Positions 31,530-42,269 of a stretch of DNA of 64,000 nt are shown here, one piece after another. Each line of letters begins with the position of its first letter. The stretch's first letter is position 1. The notes beneath the pieces are model-generated. The model worked only from the letters and a program-made list of their open reading frames with translations. It was not told the DNA's origin and made no database searches. Source of the stretch: Candidatus Scalinduaceae bacterium (GTDB taxonomy: Bacteria; Planctomycetota; Brocadiia; Brocadiales; Scalinduaceae); assembly GCA_046759445.1 (NCBI GenBank), contig JBHICG010000008.1, forward strand, positions 15,239 to 79,238, given 5' to 3'. The position numbers and the translations under genes are program-made.

Positions 31530-32147
31530 ATGAATACGGCAGAAACACAAGGAATTTATGTTACACCATCCGAGGTAATAGAGTATCTATATTGTCCGAG
31601 GTTTATTTATTTTATGAACTGCCTCTGTATTCCCCAGCATGAGGAACAAAGATATAAGGTAATTAAAGGCAGGGAATTACACGATGAGAGAAAGAATATA
31701 AATAAGTCTTATCTGCGAAAAAAATTGAAATGTGTCGAAAAGGATATAGATGTCTATATGTCTTCTGATAAATATCATTTAAAGGGTGTGGTGGACGAAG
31801 TTTTGTACCTTGAAGATGGGACATTGGCGCCATTAGACTATAAGTTTGCTGAATATCGTGAAACGCTTTTTAAGACGCACAAGTATCAGTCGGTTCTATA
31901 TGCAATCTTGATTAAAGAAAATTACAAGAAAAACGGTTCAGACAATATTGAAGTAAAGAAGGGTTTTGTTTGTTACACTAGAAGCAAAAATTTAATAAAG
32001 GAAATCAAGTATAGCGAAAAGGATTTCAAGATGGCCACAAATGCTATATCGGAGACTCTGAATATAATACAAAGTGGCCACTATCCGAAAAAGACCAGAT
32101 ATTTATCAAAATGTATTGATTGCTGCTATAGAAATATCTGTGTATAA
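31530..32147 (+). CDS. cas4: Cas4
   Basis: YCPR, GVVD, PLDYK and C-terminal CxxCxxxxxC motifs. Confidence 0.94.
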   Translation: MNTAETQGIYVTPSEVIEYLYCPRFIYFMNCLCIPQHEEQRYKVIKGRELHDERKNINKSYLRKKLKCVEKDIDVYMSSDKYHLKGVVDEVLYLEDGTLAPLDYKFAEYRETLFKTHKYQSVLYAILIKENYKKNGSDNIEVKKGFVCYTRSKNLIKEIKYSEKDFKMATNAISETLNIIQSGHYPKKTRYLSKCIDCCYRNICV

Positions 32148-32469
32148 ATTAGCTCTCTTCGGTGGCTAATTTTTTTAAATCGCAAATAAAAATACGTGTA
32201 GGGTGGGGTGGATCTACTAACAAGCAGATAATAAGGCAATACAATTACTTAGTGAACTTCTAAAAGACATAAATGATGTTAATTTATAATACTTTTGTGT
32301 AGTTAACAACGTAAACATTTGTTATTAAATGGTATAAGAATTGGGAAACCATGTAACGTAGTTAAAAAAGGATTGATTTATGACAAAAAAGCAAAGGGAA
32401 TTACTGGAAATAATGCTTTCTAAAAGAATATCAAGTTGTAATGTTTACTACCCTTGCACAAAAAGTGCG
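32148..32469 (+). promoter_or_regulatory. CRISPR leader
   Basis: AT-rich noncoding stretch between cas4 and the first repeat; the degenerate repeat is at the far end. Confidence 0.75.
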
Positions 32470-34594
32470 GTATGAATAGTTAATCCATTAAAACAAGGAT
32501 TGAAACTTGTAGGCGCCGCATAAAGTTTTAAAATTTGTTTCGTATGAATAGTTAATCCATTAAAACAAGGATTGAAACTCAGGAGGATGGCAGAGTCGTT
32601 GACTACGTCCTCATGGTATGAATAGTTAATCCATTAAAACAAGGATTGAAACACGCACGTGTGGCAATGAGAGACCAGACTGCATATAGTATGAATAGTT
32701 AATCCATTAAAACAAGGATTGAAACTGTATCTGAAATTCTTAGTGGTAAGAGAGATATATCGTATGAATAGTTAATCCATTAAAACAAGGATTGAAACGT
32801 GATTCAGGGATTATCAATTCCTCAATTCTTTAATTTGTATGAATAGTTAATCCATTAAAACAAGGATTGAAACTGTCATGAGGACTGCCCCAAGAGGCCA
32901 CGACTTCATGTATGAATAGTTAATCCATTAAAACAAGGATTGAAACGATATCTTCCTTGCGATCATAAACGCCACGCCGTTAAGTATGAATAGTTAATCC
33001 ATTAAAACAAGGATTGAAACGACAATAATATGACATTGCTTTCACCCCCTTCATGAGTATGAATAGTTAATCCATTAAAACAAGGATTGAAACTGAATGC
33101 TGATTACGCATTCTCAAACTACATATATGTATGAATAGTTAATCCATTAAAACAAGGATTGAAACGATGGAACAAATGACTAGATGGAGTTCGATATCTT
33201 TGTATGAATAGTTAATCCATTAAAACAAGGATTGAAACACTGGACTGATCCTGTCACGGATGCGACTTTAGCTTTGTATGAATAGTTAATCCATTAAAAC
33301 AAGGATTGAAACTCAAATTGTTTCCCTGTGTAACATTTTGCAATTTGAGTATGAATAGTTAATCCATTAAAACAAGGATTGAAACTCTTATTCTGCCATG
33401 CATCTTGTTTTGTAACATGAGGTATGAATAGTTAATCCATTAAAACAAGGATTGAAACTAGTTCTTGTTGGTCAAAAAGGGATAAACCAAGAAAGTATGA
33501 ATAGTTAATCCATTAAAACAAGGATTGAAACTTTTATAGTGTGATCCCAACTTTCCGTGCTTTTTATGTATGAATAGTTAATCCATTAAAACAAGGATTG
33601 AAACTCTTCACCTTTAAGAGCCGTAATGAACAGGATACGTTGTATGAATAGTTAATCCATTAAAACAAGGATTGAAACCCCCTTCTATCATCTCTACCTT
33701 TTCCTGCATTAAATGTATGAATAGTTAATCCATTAAAACAAGGATTGAAACATATTTGTGCCAGGCGTTCCTCCTGCATCTATCTGTGTATGAATAGTTA
33801 ATCCATTAAAACAAGGATTGAAACGCCAACCTCCTAATAATATCTTCAGATTTGAACGATAGTATGAATAGTTAATCCATTAAAACAAGGATTGAAACCC
33901 CAGCGAGGCAAGTCGAGTGTACCCGCTTTCAATTTGTATGAATAGTTAATCCATTAAAACAAGGATTGAAACTAGACGACCTCTACCGGCAGATCAGCAC
34001 ACATAGATAGTATGAATAGTTAATCCATTAAAACAAGGATTGAAACTGGCATTATCGCACCAGATTTTAGCTAAATAATCATCGTATGAATAGTTAATCC
34101 ATTAAAACAAGGATTGAAACTTAATAGATACCTCAATAAATGGGGTGTAGAGAAGAGTATGAATAGTTAATCCATTAAAACAAGGATTGAAACGATACTG
34201 ATATAACGGCATCCGCTTCTACGGAATACGTATGAATAGTTAATCCATTAAAACAAGGATTGAAACAAAGATTCACTCTTCATCAAATCGTTTTGTTGGT
34301 TTTGTATGAATAGTTAATCCATTAAAACAAGGATTGAAACATGTTCCAGAGGGGATGACTATCAATGAAATATTCGGTATGAATAGTTAATCCATTAAAA
34401 CAAGGATTGAAACACAAATCTCCTTGAAACCCTTTCGAAACAGTTTGATGTATGAATAGTTAATCCATTAAAACAAGGATTGAAACAATAATCCCTGAAT
34501 CCCTGAATTCCTAAATTCTTAAAGTATGAATAGTTAATCCATTAAAACCCCAAAAATCACATTCGTGACTAACGAAGCGGGCAAGGATTGAAGC
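32470..34594 (+). CRISPR. CRISPR array: 28 intact 37-bp repeats + 1 interrupted terminal repeat, 28 spacers of 35-38 bp
   Basis: Repeat GTATGAATAGTTAATCCATTAAAACAAGGATTGAAAC counted by eye; ATTGAAAC 3' handle. Confidence 0.98.
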
Positions 34595-34822
34595 TCGGTA
34601 GGCATATTTTAACAGAGAGCCATTTGTATTTGTCTCAAAACATACTTTAATAAAAAGTATTATTTTCCCTTGATTTTATACATAATGTTTGATATTCTTT
34701 TTGGCAGTACGGTTGTGTTGTAAGGTAATATTGTTTATTAGAATGATATGGCTACAAGGGTAACAACCTCGTAGCCTTTTTTATTGTGGATTTTTGAATG
34801 ATTAAAAGGGGGTGATTTTAGA

Positions 34823-35023
34823 ATGCCAACTGGAACAGTTAAGTGGTTTAATGACAAAAAAGGATTTGGGTTCATTGCACAGGAAAATGGGGAGGATGTC
34901 TTTGTTCATCACTCAGCTATACAGGCTGAAGGGTTTAAGTCTCTTGCTGAAGGAGATAAGGTAGAATTCGAAATTACAAAGGACGAGAGGGGCAGTAAAG
35001 CCGAAAAAGTCGTCAAAATATAA
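34823..35023 (+). CDS. csp: cold-shock protein
   Basis: GTVKWFN, KGFGFI and DVFVHHSAI motifs. Confidence 0.96.
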   Translation: MPTGTVKWFNDKKGFGFIAQENGEDVFVHHSAIQAEGFKSLAEGDKVEFEITKDERGSKAEKVVKI

Positions 35024-35090
35024 GTTTTATTAAAAAGCGTACTCATATATCATATAAGAAATTATATTTATAATTATTGACACTTATAAC

Positions 35091-35129
35091 AAAAAACCCC
35101 AATATTCTTTTTGGATATTGGGGTTTTTT
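35091..35129. terminator. bidirectional intrinsic terminator
   Basis: AAAAAACCCCAATATTC...GGATATTGGGGTTTTTT between convergent genes. Confidence 0.8.
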
Positions 35130-35297
35130 ATTTGTCGTCTAAAAGGTCTTTTTGTGCAAGACAGCACATAAGAGTCATTTGAATTGCCTGGTTTTGAGGG
35201 ATTAATGTAGCCGTTGATAATAAGCTATTCTAAAGCCTGCCGCTATAAATCTTTTCCTGACAAGTTCAGAAAAAAACGCTCGATTTAGATTTTATTA

Positions 35298-35687
35298 TTA
35301 TGTATTAAATAAATTTGTCGAAAACAATATTTCAATAACGTTATTAGCTGAACGTTTATTGGATTTCTTAAGGAGAATAAGTTCTTCCCTGCAAAGCTTT
35401 ATCTGATTGCGCAGTATATGATTACCCGGTCGATGTATGAGACATTTTTCAAGGTGTGTTATGGCTGTGTTTAAGTGATTCATTTTTTCATTTACCATTG
35501 GAATACGGTTAAATATCTTGATATGTTCTACAGCATTATGGCAATGAGTTAAAAATTCCTTTTTGAGTTCTGCTTTGGTATTTTTCTTATGCTTTTTGTT
35601 TATGTCCTGTGGTTTAAGTGACTTCTTCTTAATTATCTTTTTATAAAAAAAAGGGATGGGTTTCTCCATATCTAAGTTCATATCCAA
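35298..35687 (-). CDS. hypothetical basic helical protein
   Basis: 129-aa ORF with no recognised family; start uncertain. Confidence 0.45.
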   Translation of the reverse strand: MDMNLDMEKPIPFFYKKIIKKKSLKPQDINKKHKKNTKAELKKEFLTHCHNAVEHIKIFNRIPMVNEKMNHLNTAITHLEKCLIHRPGNHILRNQIKLCREELILLKKSNKRSANNVIEILFSTNLFNT

Positions 35688-36037
35688 GTTAGTAGCAAGA
35701 ATATAATTATTATATATCTCCTTCCTGTCGTCAGGACTGGCGTAACCTCCTTCAGAATTACAAATTCAAGGATTTCTTGTTACAATCAAAGTTCGTGCCG
35801 AACAGTATTGGTTTGCCCCTGAGTTTTTTCTTATTAAGTAGTACTTGTATTATATCAAAATCTATATGAAAGTTGACAGTTTTATACTGATTTCTTAACT
35901 TAGGTATAAATATGCACAACTTACGTTAAAAATATTTGACACATTATGAATATAACGTAAAGTTTATGAATATTGAATTAATAATCTACAAATAATTTTG
36001 CGAATATCAGTTAGTAAAAACCATATAGTTTTCTTGC

Positions 36038-37639
36038 ATGAAAGATAGTGTGATGTTTGATCCAATCAATTTAGAAATATTTAATAACCTCTTTTCTTCA
36101 ATATGTGAGGAAATGGGTGTTGTCTTATGCAAATCTTCCTTTTCCACAAACATTAAAGAGAGAAAGGATTTCTCCTGTGCCTTATTCGATAGTAAAGGTG
36201 AAATGTTTGCTCAGGCAGAACATCTACCCGTGCACCTGGCTTCTATGTCGCTATCCGTAAAGGAGGCAATAAAGTCGGTGAAGATGAAGGATGGTGATAC
36301 AGTGATATTAAACGATCCATTTCAAGGTGGCACGCATCTGCCTGATATTACAATGGTAACTCCATTATTTTATAAAAGTAAGAAAGAGCCGCTTTTTTAT
36401 ATTGCAAACAGGGCTCACCATGCAGATGTAGGGGGGATGTCTCCAGGTTCCATGTGTAATGCTACCGAGATATATCAGGAAGGGATTAGGATATCACCCG
36501 TAAAGATTGTAGAAGGAAATAACATAAACGGGGATATTCTGACAATGATAACATCGAACGTAAGAACTCCCAGGGAACGCAGATGGGACATAGTCGCTCA
36601 GCTTTCTGCAAATGAGATTGGCAAGCAAAGGTTAGGGGAATTGTGTGATAAGTATGGAAAGAAAGATGTACGTAAATACTCAATAGCACTTCAAGACTAT
36701 TCTGATAGAATAATGAGATCTGTAATTAAGAAAATACCAGATGGGGAATACTCATTTTGTGATTATATAGACGATGATGGAATAGTGGATAAATCAGTTA
36801 AAATAAAGACGCAAATAAAAATTGAAGGTAACAGGGCATATATTGATTTTTCTGGTAGTAGTAAGCAGGTTGGGGGTTGTATAAATGCGGTGTATGCAGT
36901 TACGGTGTCTTGTGTTTTTTATGCCTTCAGGTGTTTGATTGATTATAATATTCCATCAAATTCAGGTTGTATGAGACCTATTAGTATAACCGCACCATCG
37001 GGTTCAATCGTTAATGCCACACTGCCAGCCGCTGTATCAGGGGGGAATGTTGAGACCTCCCAAAGAATTGTTGACGTAATATTTGGGGCATTATCAAGGG
37101 CTATTCCTGATAAAATTCCGGCAGCAAGCTGTGGAACTATGAACAATATTGCTATTGGCGGATATGATAAATTGAGAAGGCAGCATTACTCCTATTACGA
37201 GACTATTGCGGGTGGTATGGGCGCAAGACCAAATATTGATGGTCTTAGCGCCATCCACACTCACATGACTAATACCATGAATACTCCTATAGAGGCAATA
37301 GAACATAATTATCCATTCAGGATTAAGCGATACCAGATACGCACTAATTCAGGCGGTATAGGGAAATACAGGGGCGGTAATGGCATAGTCAGAGATTATG
37401 AAATACTTCAAGGCGCTACTGTAACCATACTTTCAGATAGAAGGAGGTATGCGCCTTATGGTTTGAAAGGAGGCAACAAAGGTAAAGTTGGACAAAACAT
37501 CTTAATTTCCAAAGGCAAGAAACACAATCTACCATCAAAGGTTACGATTAGGGCGAGGAAGGGAGACGTAATAAGCATACTCACTCCGGGAGGTGGTGGA
37601 TATGGTAGGGCAAGAGGCGAGAATGGGAAAGGGGGGTGA
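36038..37639 (+). CDS. hydantoinase B/5-oxoprolinase subunit
   Basis: NIKERKDFSCALF, NDPFQGGTHLPD, HHADVGG and TPGGGGYG motifs. Confidence 0.93.
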   Translation: MKDSVMFDPINLEIFNNLFSSICEEMGVVLCKSSFSTNIKERKDFSCALFDSKGEMFAQAEHLPVHLASMSLSVKEAIKSVKMKDGDTVILNDPFQGGTHLPDITMVTPLFYKSKKEPLFYIANRAHHADVGGMSPGSMCNATEIYQEGIRISPVKIVEGNNINGDILTMITSNVRTPRERRWDIVAQLSANEIGKQRLGELCDKYGKKDVRKYSIALQDYSDRIMRSVIKKIPDGEYSFCDYIDDDGIVDKSVKIKTQIKIEGNRAYIDFSGSSKQVGGCINAVYAVTVSCVFYAFRCLIDYNIPSNSGCMRPISITAPSGSIVNATLPAAVSGGNVETSQRIVDVIFGALSRAIPDKIPAASCGTMNNIAIGGYDKLRRQHYSYYETIAGGMGARPNIDGLSAIHTHMTNTMNTPIEAIEHNYPFRIKRYQIRTNSGGIGKYRGGNGIVRDYEILQGATVTILSDRRRYAPYGLKGGNKGKVGQNILISKGKKHNLPSKVTIRARKGDVISILTPGGGGYGRARGENGKGG

Positions 37640-37805
37640 GACGTACGGCTCGTTCCCTGAAGAGCCTCAAACTAATTATTTAACTGGATAAAAGAAATAT
37701 AGGGTACGTTCCCAGAACGTACTTTAAGGCAAGAGGTGAGAATGGAAGAAGGGGGATGAGAAGTAGGGCTCGTTTCCCAAACGAGCCGTAAAAAAGATAA
37801 TAAAA

Positions 37806-38882
37806 ATGAAAACTATTCGACCAAAAAAGATATTTATAGAAAAAGACGTTGTTGAAGTTCCTGTTGCTCAGCAAATTCTAAAAGAGTTGCCGGATATTCC
37901 AATTGAGTATATAGATGATTACAGAAGTATCCGGATTGAAGGAAACACGGTTAATAATATTTATAAAGATAGTAAAGACTGTCTTGCAATAGCAAGAAAG
38001 AGGGGTGGTTTAGTCAAGCAGTTCAGGTGTAGAGACGGCATAATCGATAACACAGAATATTATATAATCCAGGGTAATAATTGTTACTTTGACTGTGAAT
38101 ATTGTTTCCTTCAAAGCTACTTTGAAAATGCGGTTCCTACTGTGTTCGTGAATCATGATGAAATACTGAATGAAGTAAGAGACATTATCCTTGCTTCAGG
38201 GTATGAAAAAATAGTATTTCATGCTGGCGAATTGTGTGACGCACTGGCCTTCGACGACCTTACTGGCCTCTCTCACAAACTCATTTCTTTATTCAGTGAA
38301 TATCCTAAAGCAAGGTTAGAACTCAGGACCAAGACCACTGCAATTGATAACGTCTTAATCATGCCAGGAATAAATAACGTAATAATATCATGGACTTTTA
38401 GCCCGCAAGTGATTGTAGATGCCTATGAGCATGAAACCCCATCATTAGAGGAACGAATAAATGCGGCAGAAAGAGTTCAAAGAGCTGGTTATAATATTGG
38501 AATATGTTTGGATCCCATAATAAGATGTGATGATTGGTTTAGTAATTACAAGACAATGCTTGACATGCTCTTTGATAGACTGGATATCAACAAGATTAAG
38601 TTTGTAAGTCTTGGAGGTTTTAGGTTTTTGCCGTCTTTAGCCAACGTAATTAGAGAAAGGAATCAACAGACCGATCTTTTATTAAGTGAATTTGTACCGT
38701 GTATTGATGGCAAGTACCGTTATTTCAGACCTATCAGGGCCGAGATATACAGAGAGTTAATTAATATTATAAAACAAAATAATCATGGTATTAAGATATC
38801 GCTGTGCATGGAAACAAATGAGGTCTGGAATGAAGTTATGAGCAACCATCCCACCTGCGAGATAGAACAGGCGAAAGACTAG
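37806..38882 (+). CDS. spore photoproduct lyase-like radical SAM protein
   Basis: CYFDCEYCFLQ, GELCD, ELRTK, DGKYRY and LCME motifs. Confidence 0.8.
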   Translation: MKTIRPKKIFIEKDVVEVPVAQQILKELPDIPIEYIDDYRSIRIEGNTVNNIYKDSKDCLAIARKRGGLVKQFRCRDGIIDNTEYYIIQGNNCYFDCEYCFLQSYFENAVPTVFVNHDEILNEVRDIILASGYEKIVFHAGELCDALAFDDLTGLSHKLISLFSEYPKARLELRTKTTAIDNVLIMPGINNVIISWTFSPQVIVDAYEHETPSLEERINAAERVQRAGYNIGICLDPIIRCDDWFSNYKTMLDMLFDRLDINKIKFVSLGGFRFLPSLANVIRERNQQTDLLLSEFVPCIDGKYRYFRPIRAEIYRELINIIKQNNHGIKISLCMETNEVWNEVMSNHPTCEIEQAKD

Positions 38883-39024
38883 TGGCTAACAGGGAAAACA
38901 CATTCCATTTTTCGTTGGCGATGAATGATTAAAAAGGGATATGTTTCCTTTTACTTAGTTGTCTACATTATGTCAACAGCCCTTAGCAATCAACTTTATA
39001 TTGATTGCACCTAGCTGTCATCCG

Positions 39025-39960
39025 TTAGGATGACAGCCGTAGTCCTCTTTCTTTAGCATATACATAAACTTCGTTAAATTCTTCGTATGTTATTTGTCTA
39101 TTTATTTCTGGGTGATTGTGGGCCTTGAATGTTGGTCTGTATTGGTCCATTATATTTACAAATGTATTTTCTGAGATTGTATCTGCAAGAAAATCGATTA
39201 TGTCTTTGCTTCCTGCAACGTTATTTGGCATGACCAAATGACGGACCAGGAGACCTTTAGTTGCCAAACCATCCTTGATTTCTAAATCTCCAACCTGTCT
39301 GTGCATTTCTATTATGGCTGATTTCAATACTTCAGGATAATCCTTTGCAAAAGAATATTTCTTCGAAGAAACAGGGTTCATATATTTGGCGTCTGGCATA
39401 TAGACGTCAATAGTCTTCTCAAGAAGCCGTAATGTTTCGACAGATTCGTAACCTCCACAATTATAAACGGTAGGTATTTTAAGCCCTTTTTGTCGCGCAT
39501 TATGAACGGATTCTATTATGTGTGGGGCAATGTGCGTTGGAGTTACAAAATTTATGTTTTTGCAACCTTGTTTCTGTAGTTGCAACATCATCCTTACGAG
39601 GTCGTCTATTTCTACCTCTTCCCCACGGCGAAGTTGGCTGATATCATAATTTTGGCAAAAGACACAGCCCAGGTTGCATCCTGCAAAGAATATCGTCCCA
39701 GATCCACTATCACCAACCAACACAGATTCCTCGCCGAAGTGTGGACATGCTGATGAGACAATAGCCTTTGAGCCAATGCCACAAAATCCCTTTTCCTCAT
39801 TCAAACGATTAACCTTGCACATTCTCGGACAAAGCTTGCAAGATTCCATTAATTTGTAAGCAGTACCAATCGTTTCTTTGTATATTTCTTTACTAGTGTC
39901 GTTAGCTGCCCGCAGTTTAGTCATAATAATTGATTTTAAGTTGTTATTAGTAATTGTCAA
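39025..39960 (-). CDS. PflX-like radical SAM protein
   Basis: CKLCPRMC, GSGTIFFAGCNLGCVFCQNYDISQ and VRHLVMP motifs. Confidence 0.88.
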   Translation of the reverse strand: MTITNNNLKSIIMTKLRAANDTSKEIYKETIGTAYKLMESCKLCPRMCKVNRLNEEKGFCGIGSKAIVSSACPHFGEESVLVGDSGSGTIFFAGCNLGCVFCQNYDISQLRRGEEVEIDDLVRMMLQLQKQGCKNINFVTPTHIAPHIIESVHNARQKGLKIPTVYNCGGYESVETLRLLEKTIDVYMPDAKYMNPVSSKKYSFAKDYPEVLKSAIIEMHRQVGDLEIKDGLATKGLLVRHLVMPNNVAGSKDIIDFLADTISENTFVNIMDQYRPTFKAHNHPEINRQITYEEFNEVYVYAKERGLRLSS

Positions 39961-40029
39961 TTAAAAGTGGACGTGTAAAAATTAATTCAACTACTTGACA
40001 GCACAATATATTTTTGAAATAATGTTTTT

Positions 40030-41043
40030 ATGATAAAAGAATTAATTGGAAAGGTAGTAGAAGGGAAAGACCTTTCTATAAAAGAAAGTATGGCAGTAAT
40101 GAATGAGATAATGGAAGGTAAAGCTACAGATGTACAAATTGGTTCATTTATTACGGCTTTGCGAATGAAGGGAGAGACAGTTGATGAAATTGCCGGCTGT
40201 GCAAGTGTCATGAGGGAAAAAGCCACACATATCAATGTGGATAGTGAAATAGTTGTGGATACTTGTGGTACCGGTGGAGATGCAAAATGTACATTTAATA
40301 TATCTACTGCCGCTGCATTTGTCGTTGCAGGGACTGGTTTAAAAGTCGCCAAACATGGTAATACCGCTTCTTCAAGCCATTGCGGGAGTGCTGATGTACT
40401 CAAGCTATTAGGCGTTAATGTTGAAGCAAGTCCTGAGATAGTTGAAAAATGCATACAGGAAGCAAACATAGGTTTTCTTTTAGCGCCACTTTTGCATTGC
40501 TCAATGCGATACGCTGTAGGTCCCAGGCGTGAAATAGGAATAAAAACTATCTTTAATATTCTTGGTCCATTAACAAATCCGGCAAGGGCTAAGAGACAGG
40601 TAATTGGGGTATACGAAGCAAGATTGACGGATACTGTGGCAAATGTTCTTAGAAAATTGGGTACTGAACATGCGTTCGTGGTCTATGGATACGATGGTAT
40701 GGATGAGATTACTACAACTGATAAAACTAAGGTTTGTGAGTTAAAAAACGGGAAAATTAAGAGTTATTTTATTACACATGAGAGTTTTGGTATTTCAAAG
40801 GCAGAGATAAAGGATTTCATTGCTAACTCTCCAGAAGAGAGTGCAGATTCTATCAAAGATATGTTGGAGGGCACTCATGGCCCCAAGCGGGATATTGTCC
40901 TCTTAAATGCTGCTGCCGCTATAGTTGCTGGGGGCGGTGCGACCGATCTAAGACATGGCATACAACTTGCCGCAGATTCAATAGATTCAGGCAGGGCTAA
41001 GAAATCTCTTGAACAGCTAATCAAGATAACGCAGGGAAAATGA
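40030..41043 (+). CDS. trpD: anthranilate phosphoribosyltransferase
   Basis: DTCGTGGD, FNIST, AKHGN, GSADVL and FNILGPLTNPA motifs. Confidence 0.96.
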   Translation: MIKELIGKVVEGKDLSIKESMAVMNEIMEGKATDVQIGSFITALRMKGETVDEIAGCASVMREKATHINVDSEIVVDTCGTGGDAKCTFNISTAAAFVVAGTGLKVAKHGNTASSSHCGSADVLKLLGVNVEASPEIVEKCIQEANIGFLLAPLLHCSMRYAVGPRREIGIKTIFNILGPLTNPARAKRQVIGVYEARLTDTVANVLRKLGTEHAFVVYGYDGMDEITTTDKTKVCELKNGKIKSYFITHESFGISKAEIKDFIANSPEESADSIKDMLEGTHGPKRDIVLLNAAAAIVAGGGATDLRHGIQLAADSIDSGRAKKSLEQLIKITQGK

Positions 41044-41116
41044 AAAGATTATTATCACGTTTTAAAAACTTCACCTATATTATTTTCCTGAAGAAAAAGA
41101 TATGAATACGGAATGA

Positions 41117-42241
41117 CTACATGCTGAGGTCAATTTTGTGCTTTATGATTTGCATAATGTCTCGATGAGATACAATACCTACCAGTTTTCCATTATCAAC
41201 AACCGGTATCCTTCCCAGGCCTCTTTTTGCCATTTTTGCCATGGCGCTGGTGGCATCATCATTAGGATTCATACATAAGTCGATAACTTTTGAATCAAAT
41301 ATTCTCCTAACATTCGCCTTACTCCATTCTTCCCTGGGAATTTGTTTTACATCATGAATTGAGACCATCCCAATAAGTATGCCGTTACTTACCACAGGAT
41401 AGCTATTATACCGATACTTCAGGAAGTAATCATCTACGAGTTTATCCAGTGTGATAGAGTCCTCTATAGTGATTACATCACGAGTCATAATTTCTGAAAT
41501 CTTTATGCCATGTAAAAGCTTTCCAGCTAATAGTTGCTGATACCCTGCTTCAGCAGCGCCCTTCAGAAATAATCCGATAAATGCAAACCATAGTCCACCG
41601 ATAATATTGCCAGTAAAGATATTGAAAAAACCGAAAATTATCAGGAATATTCCCAGTGATGAACCAATCTTACTAGTAGTATACGTTGCCTTTTTTATAT
41701 TACCTGTATAATTCCAGATAACAGCTCGGAGTATTCTTCCTCCATCAAGTGGAAAACCAGGTAGTAAATTAAATATCATTAATGCCAGATTTATGAACGT
41801 GCAATATTTCAGTATGCCGATTACGGGGAGGATTGGTAAATATTTTATAAAGAAATTACCAATAAAAAAAAAGAAAATCGCAAGGGCACCTGAACAAATA
41901 GGACCGGCAACGGCCATTTTTATCTCCGAGCTTGCAGTACGGGGCTCTTCAGTCATTTCTGCTACGCCTCCGAAGACAAATAGAGTAATACCCTTTATGG
42001 GGATGTTATTCTTTTTAGCAATCAGGGAATGACTCAATTCGTGAAGTAAAACACAGACAAAGAGGAGCACGGCTGAGATAAACCCCATAATCCAGCATAC
42101 TGATTTATCAAGTTCAGGATATTTTATAGGAAAATATCCCGATGCCAGTGTCCACGAAATAAATGCAACAATTATAAACCAGCTTAGGTCAAGCTTTATG
42201 GGGATACTAAAAACTCTTATAAGCTCTATTTGCTTTCTCAA
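41117..42241 (-). CDS. site-2 protease (M50) with CBS domains
   Basis: HELSH, FNLLPGFPLDGGR and a C-terminal CBS pair. Confidence 0.92.
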   Translation of the reverse strand: MRKQIELIRVFSIPIKLDLSWFIIVAFISWTLASGYFPIKYPELDKSVCWIMGFISAVLLFVCVLLHELSHSLIAKKNNIPIKGITLFVFGGVAEMTEEPRTASSEIKMAVAGPICSGALAIFFFFIGNFFIKYLPILPVIGILKYCTFINLALMIFNLLPGFPLDGGRILRAVIWNYTGNIKKATYTTSKIGSSLGIFLIIFGFFNIFTGNIIGGLWFAFIGLFLKGAAEAGYQQLLAGKLLHGIKISEIMTRDVITIEDSITLDKLVDDYFLKYRYNSYPVVSNGILIGMVSIHDVKQIPREEWSKANVRRIFDSKVIDLCMNPNDDATSAMAKMAKRGLGRIPVVDNGKLVGIVSHRDIMQIIKHKIDLSM

Positions 42242-42269
42242 TTTATTAAAATCTCGCTTTATTCATGTT

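Noticed and set aside
32470..34594. Self-targeting spacers within the window
   Set aside because: No full-length match found by eye; only a short RBS-like overlap (spacer 8 versus ~34806). A computational search is still needed.
35785..35811. Sigma54 promoter (CGGCACG-N4-TTGA, minus strand)
   Set aside because: Imperfect -12 box, and the same sequence is part of a repeat end at ~9143.
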